Part shown: one piece after another, positions 39,481 to 48,816 of the stretch | Position numbering within the stretch: position 1 is the first letter of the stretch | Layout: each line of letters starts with the position of its first letter | Source of the DNA: a virus | Direction: 5' to 3' (one strand) | DNA length: 64,000 nucleotides | IMG/VR virus record: IMGVR_UViG_3300037116_000074 | Coordinates: 1-64,000 of that record | Program-made: the position numbers and the translations under genes | Notes under the pieces: model-generated | What the model saw: only the letters and a program-made list of their open reading frames with translations | What the model was told of the DNA's origin: nothing | Databases searched by the model: none

Positions 39481-40890
39481 TTAGCAGTGTTCTATAACAA
39501 CAGCGCGTTTGTATGCAGCATTGCTAGCAGTAGGTATAATCGAAGGATTGGCAGTTAAGTCTGTTGGACATACCACACCGAATACGGATAAGTAAGTCAT
39601 TTGAACTTGACGACCCATATTGTCGATAGGAGCACGTACTATGTGAGCTATGTGATCAACCATATAGATATTACTGACTGAACCAACTGCTTCACCGCGT
39701 TGAGCGAAACTTTCTAATCCAGAGAAGTGTCCTTGGTACAAACCACCCATACCGGTAATCAATACACGGTGGATACTTGTTCCAGGAAGCAAGGCTTGCA
39801 TACCAGCAGCTGCGACAGATGCTTGTAAGTAAACTTCAGTTGTAGGTATGAAGGTCATGCCTAACAAAGTAAATACTTGGTTGTTTTGATACTCAGGGTT
39901 ATTACCACGACTTGCGTACATGATTTGGAACTGAGAATCTATAAGCAATTCAGTCATTGAATGATAATCAAGGTAGCAATGATATGTACCATCACGATGA
40001 CGGGGAATAGCATTTTGAGACAAACTTGCTTGAGCTGTTTGAAGCAAACTTATGCTTAACAAATCTTGCGAAGTAAGTTGGTTTGTACCTTGCTTGTTGT
40101 TTGGACGATAAACAGGAGATCCTAATGAGGATTGAAGGGCATCACCACCGACTGGTAATGTACCGGCAACTGGATTAATAGTTAAATAACCGGATATACC
40201 ATCTGATGCACTACCAACTACGGATGCTGGATATACAGAATTTGTCGGTACATCAGCTACAGCAGCTACAACATTGAATGTTTGAGTTACGCCACCATTA
40301 AATGCAACTTCTTGCACTGGAAGTGGATTATCAACAGCAACTGGAGTTGGAACACCATTGACCCAATTGACTTGGAATCCGCGAATGTCATCAACATAAA
40401 TCTTAGCTGTGGTTGGATCGGTTTCACCCATTGCAGCATTACGAATCCAGGTGTTGCCTGTATTGTATGCAGCGAACCATGTTTGTTTAAGAACACGTTC
40501 TATGGTTTGAGCAGCTTCAACACCATTAGTATGGGCTAAAGCCATTAATTGATCGGCAATACCTTCTTGTTCTTCTAACAAATCTAATTGCTTGTTACCA
40601 GCATATTGATTCACGTTATAAGTGTATTGTTCTAAACTTGGGGTTGTGGCAGTTAAACCATTATCTAAACCAGTAACATTGACTGGATTTAATGGTGTTG
40701 GTTGCGGTGGGGTACGACCTATTTTAGTCTTAGTGATACTATTACCTGCGCGTATAGGTATCATTTCGACAACAACATCATGAGAAAAAGCTGACTCTGA
40801 ATCAAGACCTTCTTCAAACGAACGGGCTAAAAAGCCTTGTTGGAATGCTATATTAAATGCGCTTCCTGGAGGAACTAAACCACCGGCCAT
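39481..40890 (-). CDS. Major capsid protein
   Basis: 469 aa after the scaffold gene; QQGFLARSFEEGL, LDNGLT, EQYTY, HIVRAPID, YKRAVVIEH. Confidence 0.85.
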   Translation of the reverse strand: MAGGLVPPGSAFNIAFQQGFLARSFEEGLDSESAFSHDVVVEMIPIRAGNSITKTKIGRTPPQPTPLNPVNVTGLDNGLTATTPSLEQYTYNVNQYAGNKQLDLLEEQEGIADQLMALAHTNGVEAAQTIERVLKQTWFAAYNTGNTWIRNAAMGETDPTTAKIYVDDIRGFQVNWVNGVPTPVAVDNPLPVQEVAFNGGVTQTFNVVAAVADVPTNSVYPASVVGSASDGISGYLTINPVAGTLPVGGDALQSSLGSPVYRPNNKQGTNQLTSQDLLSISLLQTAQASLSQNAIPRHRDGTYHCYLDYHSMTELLIDSQFQIMYASRGNNPEYQNNQVFTLLGMTFIPTTEVYLQASVAAAGMQALLPGTSIHRVLITGMGGLYQGHFSGLESFAQRGEAVGSVSNIYMVDHIAHIVRAPIDNMGRQVQMTYLSVFGVVCPTDLTANPSIIPTASNAAYKRAVVIEHC

Positions 40891-40897
40891 AATAAAT

Positions 40898-40949
40898 ACC
40901 TCTTTAACTCCTGACGTTTATAAAACTTAATCTTGGAGTTTAAAAAGGC
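40898..40949 (-). promoter_or_regulatory. Hairpin overlapping the capsid gene Shine-Dalgarno
   Basis: mRNA GCCUUUUUAAACUCC pairs with GGAGUUAAAGAGGU, which contains the SD. Confidence 0.45.
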
Positions 40950-41105
40950 TTCTAGCCGAACAACGTTATCTAACGTAAAAACTCTTATGAATGTACATAG
41001 TTTAACATAATTTTTCGTTAATGTATAAATGTTTACTCATAAAAGAACCCAGGAAGATAATAAATACGATCCTGGGCACACTTCCCCGCTACGATTTTTA
41101 TTACA

Positions 41106-41807
41106 TTAAAACGTAGAGTTTTTGGTTGCTTGTCTAAATTCAGCTTCAACTTGTGACAATGGAACCTTGCGATCTAACGCATTAAAATGCGTCGGTTGTA
41201 CGCCTGGTTGCGGTGCAATACCAGGTTGACCGGTTGGTCTAACGCTTGGAGCCACAACTGGCGCTACGGGAGCTGGAGTAGGTGCTTCATCTGCTTTAAA
41301 CAATAATGGTTTGTCTTGTTTGAGACGCGCCACTAATTCAGCAGCCTTAGATGGATCTGCCTTAAGTTCGTCACCATATTTAGCTTGTAATGCTGTAGAC
41401 AGTAAATCCGTTTCTAAAGCTCCAGCAGCAAGCATTTCGCGCTCAAGGCTGGATTGAACCGCCTGTCTGGAGAATTTTTCTTCCAGTTCACGAACTTTAG
41501 CTTCGGCTTTATGAGCTAATTCTTTATATTCACCTTGTTCAGTTAAGCGTTTTGTTTCGGCTTCCTGTTCTTTATTAAGCATTTCAGTGAGTTTAGTTTC
41601 AGCTTTGCGGGCTTTTTCATCGGCTACACGATAATTTCTTTCATAATTTTGCTTATCACCCAGCGCCTTTTCGAATAGCTCACGCAATTCTGGTTCCAGA
41701 CTAGCTAAACGTGCTTCTAAATGATGTGGTTTGCCTTTAAGGGCTGCATCATCTAATGGAGGTGGACCGTTAGGGTCAGCACCTGGTTGATTTCTATCAC
41801 CGCTCAT
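41106..41807 (-). CDS. Capsid scaffolding protein
   Basis: Charged coiled coil (EQGEYKELA), LKQDKPLLF, Pro-rich tail; upstream of the capsid gene. Confidence 0.85.
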   Translation of the reverse strand: MSGDRNQPGADPNGPPPLDDAALKGKPHHLEARLASLEPELRELFEKALGDKQNYERNYRVADEKARKAETKLTEMLNKEQEAETKRLTEQGEYKELAHKAEAKVRELEEKFSRQAVQSSLEREMLAAGALETDLLSTALQAKYGDELKADPSKAAELVARLKQDKPLLFKADEAPTPAPVAPVVAPSVRPTGQPGIAPQPGVQPTHFNALDRKVPLSQVEAEFRQATKNSTF

Positions 41808-41876
41808 ATTGTCTCCTTGAGGGCTATGCCCTAATAAATGCCATCAGGCATAAGTTGTTATGTACAGATTAAAATT

Positions 41877-42272
41877 TTAAGGGGCTACCGCCGAAATATT
41901 AACGTTTAAATTACCACCGGTTGGATCGCCAGTTTGTACTGCCTTAATCCATCTAACACCGGGCCAAGATACGAATGTAATACCTAAAGCTGTTATCGCT
42001 GAACCAAGTACAAAGCCAGTAGCTCCGCTTACGGATGGATTATCATCGCTTAATGAACCCCAGAACTGAACTGAAATAATAGCAGTAGCACCGCCAGAAA
42101 GTTCAATCGCTGCACGACTAAACGCCCGAAAGTCTACCCAGTTAGAGGTATCAGCTACAACAGTATCATTAATTAAATCATAAGCAATAGACGAAGAAAC
42201 AGCCAAAGCATTGACTGGATTGGGTGGATGGACGTCATAAGGTATTTGTCCATCGGATGCGTTAGTTGCCAT
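41877..42272 (-). CDS. Probable virion beta-sandwich protein
   Basis: SD AGGAG; VQFWGSLS, VRWIKAV. Confidence 0.5.
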   Translation of the reverse strand: MATNASDGQIPYDVHPPNPVNALAVSSSIAYDLINDTVVADTSNWVDFRAFSRAAIELSGGATAIISVQFWGSLSDDNPSVSGATGFVLGSAITALGITFVSWPGVRWIKAVQTGDPTGGNLNVNISAVAP

Positions 42273-42308
42273 AAAAATCTCCTGAAGGGTATTGATAGTT
42301 TAACATGG

Positions 42309-43517
42309 TTATAGAATTTGCGCTAGGGTCGCTGATCCTGCTCCACCTGCACCGCCAGTACCACCTTGAGTATTAGCTTTAACACCACCAGTACCACCAT
42401 TAGCTTGCACAGTTCCAGTATTAGATAGTGTACCTTGATAAAATATCCAAACTGCGCCACCACCTGCGCCGCCGCCGCCTGATGAACCGCCTATACCATC
42501 ACCACCAGTACCACCATTTCCTCCATTTCCTCCATTTGAAGATATAACTCCGCTACTTCCTATAGTAAGATTTCCACCAACAATTAGAACAAGATAGCCA
42601 CCACCTCCGCCGCCGCCTGTACTGCCAGATGTACCAGCTGAACCAGTTCCACCTGACCCACCAGGATTACCAGCACCACCACCTGCTCCAGGGCCATTAG
42701 CACAATTAGCTCCAGCACCGCCAGTACCACCATTAGTAGATGCATTACCACCAGTTACACCATTATAAGATCCGCCACCCCCGCCAGATCCACCACAAAA
42801 AGATGTACCAGCAGTACCATTACCACCAGCTGCATTAAATCCACTACCGCCACCACCACCACCACCGGGTGCATTAGTTGACGTTCCACCAGCTGAACCA
42901 GTTGTAGCTGGAATAGCACTAGCACCAGCACCACCAGATCCACCTGTAGCCGGTGTATTGTATGTAGTAGTTGTTACTGGCCCAACACCTGTAGTTATAC
43001 CATCTGTTGCAGATGAATATTCAATAATATTGGTAGATGAACCAGAAGCATTAGCCCCTAAACCATTCATACTTATTGTGCCATTGACTGTACAGTTTCC
43101 AGTGACGTAAATAATTAAACCTTTACATCTATTCGATACACTTAATATCTGCCCACTATTAACGGTTAACGAACTGTAATTTTGAATAATAGCCGGGCCA
43201 TCAGTTATAGAAGTTAAATTTGTACTACTACTAATAGTAACTGCACCATCGGCACCCGTACCAAAATAATTACTTGCAGCGGCTGCTGGCACCCAGTTAG
43301 TGCCGTTATATACTACTATGTTCCCAACACTGGGACTGCCAGTAATTAAATTATTAATAGCCGCGGTCCCCGTAGTAGCAGCTGTACCACCGCAATTAAC
43401 AGGTAAAGTACCAATCGTTGGAGACGAAGCGGTGGGATGGTAATCAGCCCCAGGAATCCCGGCGAAGCACTGAGTGCTAAATATTAAACATATTAATAGA
43501 CTGATTAGTTTTTTCAT
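42309..43517 (-). CDS. Glycine-rich fibre/spike-like protein with signal peptide
   Basis: MKKLISLLICLIFSTQCFA|GI; YFGTGADGAVTI, NYSSLTVN, long GGxG tracts. Confidence 0.75.
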   Translation of the reverse strand: MKKLISLLICLIFSTQCFAGIPGADYHPTASSPTIGTLPVNCGGTAATTGTAAINNLITGSPSVGNIVVYNGTNWVPAAAASNYFGTGADGAVTISSSTNLTSITDGPAIIQNYSSLTVNSGQILSVSNRCKGLIIYVTGNCTVNGTISMNGLGANASGSSTNIIEYSSATDGITTGVGPVTTTTYNTPATGGSGGAGASAIPATTGSAGGTSTNAPGGGGGGGSGFNAAGGNGTAGTSFCGGSGGGGGSYNGVTGGNASTNGGTGGAGANCANGPGAGGGAGNPGGSGGTGSAGTSGSTGGGGGGGYLVLIVGGNLTIGSSGVISSNGGNGGNGGTGGDGIGGSSGGGGAGGGAVWIFYQGTLSNTGTVQANGGTGGVKANTQGGTGGAGGAGSATLAQIL

Positions 43518-43565
43518 ATACCGTATTATATCCATATTCGATACTGTCGAACAGTAAGATTATTT

Positions 43566-44777
43566 TTAGGCTATTGTAGTCACGTTGCCAATTATTACTT
43601 GTAGTTCGGTTGTAGTCACAGCAATTCCTAAACTTTGAACCAAATCGCCGCTAGATGAAGGAGCTGTAGCTGTTACTGCTCCAGCGGTTCCAAGGAAATA
43701 ACGTGTTCCAACTGTTAAACTAGATTGTTGCGTATTAGGAGCACTACCAATTACAATTGTAATCGCTCCAGAAGCAGCACCTGTAAGAGCAAAACCATCA
43801 GCTTGTTTTGTAACATCTGTATTATCGGCATTACGAACTTTTAAGCCAGAAGAAGCCCATAAATTAATCATTGCTCCAGCTGCTATTGTTTCAGTAACAG
43901 TAACAGACATTGTTTGATAACCATTAGCTAATGGAAGAAATCCCGATACAGCACCCGAAGCACCTAAAGCAACTGCTCCAAAAGCAGGATCGGCCGAAGA
44001 ACCGGCTGAAACTAAAGCTAATCCAGCAGTAGCACTAGGCGCTACCTGATCGATTGGACCAGTACCTTCACCAATTAATACGGCATATTGAGTAAGTGAA
44101 GTGCGTCCAGTACCACCACCGGCTACGACGGCGGTAGAAAATGAAGGAGTAGACGAAGAACCTTGGCTAACTAATGGGATACCAGTAGTTGATGTTGGGG
44201 CGGCTAGGGCAACATTGCCAGTACCATTACCTACCACGACATTACCAGCGGTAATTGTAGCTAATCCTGTACCACCATGAGGTACACGTAACGTATTCGT
44301 AACATTAGCCACTAAATCAATGACTGGTTGAATAGTCCACCAATTAGCGCCATCGGACACGAAGAAATAGGTTTGATCTACAATAGATAACGTAGGTAAG
44401 GAAGCAGCGGAGGCAGCATTAATGGTTTGCGAACTCACGGTTGCGAAGGCAACATGATTTGTCCCATCAGCCGTAGATACTTGTACTAATAATGTTTGAC
44501 CAGAAAATGCTGTTGCATCAGGTAAGGTAGCAGTAACAGTAGCAGCAGCCGTTACGATATCAACAGATTCAAAATGAGCAATTAAAGCAGAAAAGCTAGC
44601 AGTATCAGTTCTAGGAGTAAAACTTGATGCTATAGCAGGTAGCATCGAACTATCAATTAAACCGGAGGAATTTAACGAAACAATCTTATTTGCATCTCCA
44701 GCGCCTGCTGAAGAGTTATTGGATGCTAAGAGTTCATCAGTTCCGGATGATAAAGTGAGATATTTATTACCAGCGAT
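43566..44777 (-). CDS. Head fibre/decoration-like protein, apparently initiating at ATC
   Basis: The frame stays open 44 codons upstream of the ATG at 44645, to ATC 44777 after SD AAGGAAGG; the extension is homologous to the N-terminus of the 44834 ORF. Confidence 0.7.
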   Translation of the reverse strand: MAGNKYLTLSSGTDELLASNNSSAGAGDANKIVSLNSSGLIDSSMLPAIASSFTPRTDTASFSALIAHFESVDIVTAAATVTATLPDATAFSGQTLLVQVSTADGTNHVAFATVSSQTINAASAASLPTLSIVDQTYFFVSDGANWWTIQPVIDLVANVTNTLRVPHGGTGLATITAGNVVVGNGTGNVALAAPTSTTGIPLVSQGSSSTPSFSTAVVAGGGTGRTSLTQYAVLIGEGTGPIDQVAPSATAGLALVSAGSSADPAFGAVALGASGAVSGFLPLANGYQTMSVTVTETIAAGAMINLWASSGLKVRNADNTDVTKQADGFALTGAASGAITIVIGSAPNTQQSSLTVGTRYFLGTAGAVTATAPSSSGDLVQSLGIAVTTTELQVIIGNVTTIA

Positions 44778-44833
44778 ATTATTCCTTCCTTATTAATGTA
44801 GGTAAGAATATTATAATACGCACCAGGCGGATT

Positions 44834-45877
44834 TTAACCTAAGACTACTGGAGGTTGCAATATTACTTGTAATTCAGTGGTAGATATGGCTACACCGACT
44901 TTTTGGACTATATATCCAGTCGTTGAGGGGAGGGTAGAGGTAACTGTTCCGGCCGTACTGAGATAATAGTCAGAACCGACTGTCAAACTAGATAGACCAG
45001 CGTTTGGACCATTACCCATTACAACTTGTCCTACAACAGTAGCTGATATAGCTAATGGAGCAAAACCTGTGGTTTTTTTAGGGGTAGAGTTGTCGGCTAA
45101 TTGAATCAGACCAGAAGAATCTATATATATCATTGCATTGGCGGGAATACTAGTAGAGCCTGCGGTTGCAGTCATCACTCCAGGTCCATTCAGGACTGGA
45201 AGAACACCAGTTACAGCAACGGATACATCTAAAGCTTGGAATGAAGGATCGGACGATGCGCCGTTAGAAACAAGGGCAAAATGTGTAGCGGAAGGGGCAA
45301 CTAATGTAACTGCACTTGTACCATTACCTAAAATTACATTATGAACTGTAAGCGATGTTTGTCCTGTACCACCATTAGCGACAGACAGATCGCCGGTAAC
45401 ATTATGGGCTAAATCAGTGACTGGGCTTACGGTCCACCAATTAGAACCATCTGAAATAAAGAAATATGTTTGATCGACATTAACCAGTACCGGCAATGAA
45501 GCAGGCGCAGAACCATTAACTGTCTGTGATGATACTGTTGCAAAAACTACATGATGAGAAGCGCTTACCGTAGAAACTTGAACAATTAATGTTTCTCCTG
45601 AATAAGCTGTAGCATCAGGCAAAGTTGCGGTTACGTTGGCAGCGGCCGTAGCTAAATCTACTGATTCAAAATAATTGATTAGAGCGGAAAAACTAGATGT
45701 ATCGGTTCTAGGGGTATAGCTGGCAGCAAGTGCTGGCAATAAAGAGCTGTCGATTTTTGCTGAGCCATTAAGGGCAACGATATCACCACTGACGGCACCT
45801 GAGCTTGTAGTTTGGCCTTCATATTGTTGGAGATCGCCACTGGCGTTTAAATTTACAAACTTAGTATTACTAGCCAT
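44834..45877 (-). CDS. Head fibre/decoration-like protein (paralog of 43566)
   Basis: Shared PRTDT.SFSALI, TLPDATA.SG, SDG.NWW and C-terminal ADN...GFA...LTVG..Y.L.TAG...VQ..G.A.STTELQV. Confidence 0.7.
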   Translation of the reverse strand: MASNTKFVNLNASGDLQQYEGQTTSSGAVSGDIVALNGSAKIDSSLLPALAASYTPRTDTSSFSALINYFESVDLATAAANVTATLPDATAYSGETLIVQVSTVSASHHVVFATVSSQTVNGSAPASLPVLVNVDQTYFFISDGSNWWTVSPVTDLAHNVTGDLSVANGGTGQTSLTVHNVILGNGTSAVTLVAPSATHFALVSNGASSDPSFQALDVSVAVTGVLPVLNGPGVMTATAGSTSIPANAMIYIDSSGLIQLADNSTPKKTTGFAPLAISATVVGQVVMGNGPNAGLSSLTVGSDYYLSTAGTVTSTLPSTTGYIVQKVGVAISTTELQVILQPPVVLG

Positions 45878-45917
45878 CTGAACTCCTTACAATAAATCTA
45901 AGAATATTTTAACATGA

Positions 45918-46391
45918 TTAACCTAAAACAATACTGATTGAGCTAACTAAAATCAAACTAGTTGAACTTTGAGCAGTTCCAATATAACGCATCCAAGTAG
46001 AACCTACCGCCAAGGGTGTTGTCGATAAAACACCTAGTAAACCGACAAAATAACGACTACCAACCGTTAAGCCGGTCGTATTTAGTTGCCCCAACTGATT
46101 AACTGTTATAAGATGTCCGGTTAACCCTGCTTCGGTTGAAATACCAACGTATAATCCGGCTAATGTAACGTTCGTAGGATCGGCTGGATATAAAAGACCA
46201 CCGACTAAAACGCAAGCAATACCAGCAGCTATGTTAACGCCGCATTGGGCCGTAACAGCACTGCCACTGCCTGGAGGGCCGGCTGGGCCTTGAGCACCTA
46301 TAGATACGACCTGAATAGGTCCAGGAATTACTGTGACGGTTGAATCGCCCAGTAGAGAACTAATAGTAACTGTTCCTTCGACTAGGCTCAT
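45918..46391 (-). CDS. Decoration-like protein sharing the C-terminal domain of 43566/44834
   Basis: PAD...GLTVGSRYFVG..G.LSTT....IGTA.S.T; short GPAGPPG linker. Confidence 0.6.
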   Translation of the reverse strand: MSLVEGTVTISSLLGDSTVTVIPGPIQVVSIGAQGPAGPPGSGSAVTAQCGVNIAAGIACVLVGGLLYPADPTNVTLAGLYVGISTEAGLTGHLITVNQLGQLNTTGLTVGSRYFVGLLGVLSTTPLAVGSTWMRYIGTAQSSTSLILVSSISIVLG

Positions 46392-46786
46392 GGACTTGTT
46401 ACGCCACTGAGCGCAGCTGCTGACCCTTGCAGGAATCCATCAACGGCAGGACCTCCACCTGGATATAACAACAGATCATAATCCATGAATAATTGACCAC
46501 CAACCATATACGGACCAAAAGCAGCTTCGATATCAGCTTGGGTAACATTTAAAAATATTTGCCCAGCCGTTGGATTAAATGTAATCGCTGGACTCATTCC
46601 GGTACTGGAAAGTGTTAAATAGATAGTAACCGGCGGAATAGAGCTTCCAAACGACATTTTGGCATTGTAGCCAGTTAAATTAACCGGATTGCCAGTGGTA
46701 GAATCAGTATAAGTTAATGTGTAATTAAAGTCCGAATTGAGCTTAATTGCAAACTGTCCAGAAAAACTAAAGACTCCAGCTGCCAT
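46388..46786 (-). CDS. Probable virion structural protein (BppU N-terminal-like)
   Basis: NPVNLTGYNAKM...GQIFLNVT...YDLLL...LQG. Confidence 0.55.
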   Translation of the reverse strand: MAAGVFSFSGQFAIKLNSDFNYTLTYTDSTTGNPVNLTGYNAKMSFGSSIPPVTIYLTLSSTGMSPAITFNPTAGQIFLNVTQADIEAAFGPYMVGGQLFMDYDLLLYPGGGPAVDGFLQGSAAALSGVTSP

Positions 46787-46788
46787 CC

Positions 46789-47016
46789 TTAAACCTCAAT
46801 AACAGTCCCTAACTCTTGTCCTTCTTGTACGAATTCACCCTCATGAACAAGCAGCTCTAGTTTACCATTCAATTCATTAGTAACTTCATAAAATAGCTTC
46901 ATAACTTCAATGTTGAGAATTAACTCATCTACCTTGACTATAGAGCCCGAAGGCATTAGTATTTGAGATACAATTCCTGAAACTGGTGAAAATAAGGTTT
47001 CTTTACGCATATGCAT
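46789..47016 (-). CDS. Stand-alone biotinyl/lipoyl carrier domain
   Basis: SPVSGIV....G.IVKVDE.ILNIEVMKL.YEV....NG.....V.EGEFVQEGQEL, with the E-x-M-K attachment lysine. Confidence 0.88.
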   Translation of the reverse strand: MHMRKETLFSPVSGIVSQILMPSGSIVKVDELILNIEVMKLFYEVTNELNGKLELLVHEGEFVQEGQELGTVIEV

Positions 47017-47532
47017 CCCGATTTAATAGCTGAACAATTATACAACGCTATGCAGCAACCGCCCGATAGAAAAACGTGGAGACGGTTTTTGCGTAAATTT
47101 AGTCTACCTGATGAAAATGCATGCTGGGAATGGAAAGCATACCTGAATCCTGCATATTATGGACAATTTAGATTGCGTAATTATAAACATGGGTTAGATT
47201 TGGCGACTAGGGTTATTATGACATGGCTATATGGACCTATCCAAGCAACATTGGTCGTTGATCATATGATGTGTAATAATCCTCCCTGTATTAATCCACA
47301 ACATCTGCATATCACTAGTCAAAGGGAAAATTTATTACGCTCTGATCAGACCTTAGCTGGGAAATGTATACGTAAAACTCATTGCCCACAAGGACATGCA
47401 TATTCTTTCATGAATACCCGGATAAGTTATAAGCGGGGATGTCCAGGCCGTACATGTCGTAAGTGTGATGCAATCAAGCAGGCTCTAAAACGACAGCACA
47501 TCAAGAGGGGTGACTTGTTATTACAATTATAG
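47011..47532 (+). CDS. HNH endonuclease (His-Me finger, HNH_3-like)
   Basis: CWEW, YGQF, VVDHMMCNNPPCINPQHL....REN, KTHCPQGH. Confidence 0.88.
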   Translation: MHPDLIAEQLYNAMQQPPDRKTWRRFLRKFSLPDENACWEWKAYLNPAYYGQFRLRNYKHGLDLATRVIMTWLYGPIQATLVVDHMMCNNPPCINPQHLHITSQRENLLRSDQTLAGKCIRKTHCPQGHAYSFMNTRISYKRGCPGRTCRKCDAIKQALKRQHIKRGDLLLQL

Positions 47533-48071
47533 TCAGTGATCTAAAATCTCTAGCCGCTGATACACTGTTTACCGCTAGTGATGTGAAGGTTTACAATCGC
47601 TCCAAGATTAAAATCATCCGACAACATGCAATCGCAAGTTGTGGAGATGAAACTGATGGAGTTCGCTTTGAACGATGGTTTTTTGAACAAGGCGGAGAAA
47701 GTTTTTTGTGTGAGGGAGAATTTTCAGTCATTGTTATGACGAAGGAAAGATTCTTAATTGGTGAAACACTAGATGACTTAAAAGAACTTCGCAAGATGTG
47801 GCAACCGGGACGGAAGTTGGGATTAGGAATGGCTAATGCCGTTGCTGCTGCTGAGATTCTAATGAAAGAAGCAAATTATAATGCTCATAAAGCTGCTTAC
47901 GCAGCAGCGGGGTATAATACACACTGCGGTATGCCAATATACTCCATTACGAAAACTCAATTACGAAATATTAGTCCAGATTTTGCCGGATGGTGGATAG
48001 GTGATTATCAAACACCAATTAATAAAATGAATAACTTTCTTATCTCTCACAAGCAATGGTTAAAAACATGA
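47520..48071 (+). CDS. Second HslV/proteasome-beta-like Ntn protein, apparently initiating at ATT
   Basis: The frame is open upstream of GTG 47583 to ATT 47520 (SD GAGGGG), giving (M)TIIVSDLKSLAADT...SKI...IASCGD, which aligns with the 6522 peptidase. Confidence 0.6.
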   Translation: MTIIVSDLKSLAADTLFTASDVKVYNRSKIKIIRQHAIASCGDETDGVRFERWFFEQGGESFLCEGEFSVIVMTKERFLIGETLDDLKELRKMWQPGRKLGLGMANAVAAAEILMKEANYNAHKAAYAAAGYNTHCGMPIYSITKTQLRNISPDFAGWWIGDYQTPINKMNNFLISHKQWLKT

Positions 48072-48613
48072 CCCCAGGGCCTTACATAACTGCCGTTATC
48101 GGCGCACGTAAGAGTGGGAAAACTACTGCTTGCGAAATTTTAAACAGCATGCATCCGGATTCGGAACGCATATCCATGATGGGTTATGGTATTCGGGCCT
48201 TTGCCGATCTGCATGACATTCGACTGGAAGCATTCTGGCAAGAACGCACCAGGGAAGAGAATCGATCCTTATATAATGTATTCAGTGAACATCAACGTAA
48301 GCAAAATCCACGGATTTTCTTGGATCCAATCTTGGCATTTATTAAATCTAAAACGCATGTCATTATTGATGATATTTTTTATTACAATGAGTTACAAGCC
48401 CTTGTAGAATGCCGGGCACATATTCTATTATTAGAGGTTCCAGATGATACCAGACTCACTAGGGGCTGGACTAAGAGTATGAATCAACAACCGATGGAAC
48501 AGGAAGTAGCCGCTATTAAAGGCGATACTATTAAACATTGGCGAAACGTGGAAATAATACAAAATACAATGGCTATTAATGAATTTCGTTTTATTTTGAG
48601 TAATTGCAAATGA
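48056..48613 (+). CDS. P-loop kinase (dNMP kinase / phosphomevalonate-kinase-like)
   Basis: GARKSGKTT, VIIDDIFYYNE, TRLTRG. Confidence 0.7.
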   Translation: MVKNMTPGPYITAVIGARKSGKTTACEILNSMHPDSERISMMGYGIRAFADLHDIRLEAFWQERTREENRSLYNVFSEHQRKQNPRIFLDPILAFIKSKTHVIIDDIFYYNELQALVECRAHILLLEVPDDTRLTRGWTKSMNQQPMEQEVAAIKGDTIKHWRNVEIIQNTMAINEFRFILSNCK

Positions 48614-48816
48614 GTATAAGAATTAAAATTCTAACAGATCATGGGCAGGCACTTTACTTTGGTGACTATGCTACTGTGAGTAGTGCTATTCAAGCAATCA
48701 GTATTGTGGAAAATTTTCATACTTTTCGGGATCGTATGTTTGTAGAGCATAAATTAAGTACATTGGAACAAACGGTTACGCCTGAAGCGGAACGAATACA
48801 ACTTTATCCATTATGA
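48604..48816 (+). CDS. Hypothetical protein
   Basis: Coupled small ORF. Confidence 0.45.
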   Translation: MQMSIRIKILTDHGQALYFGDYATVSSAIQAISIVENFHTFRDRMFVEHKLSTLEQTVTPEAERIQLYPL

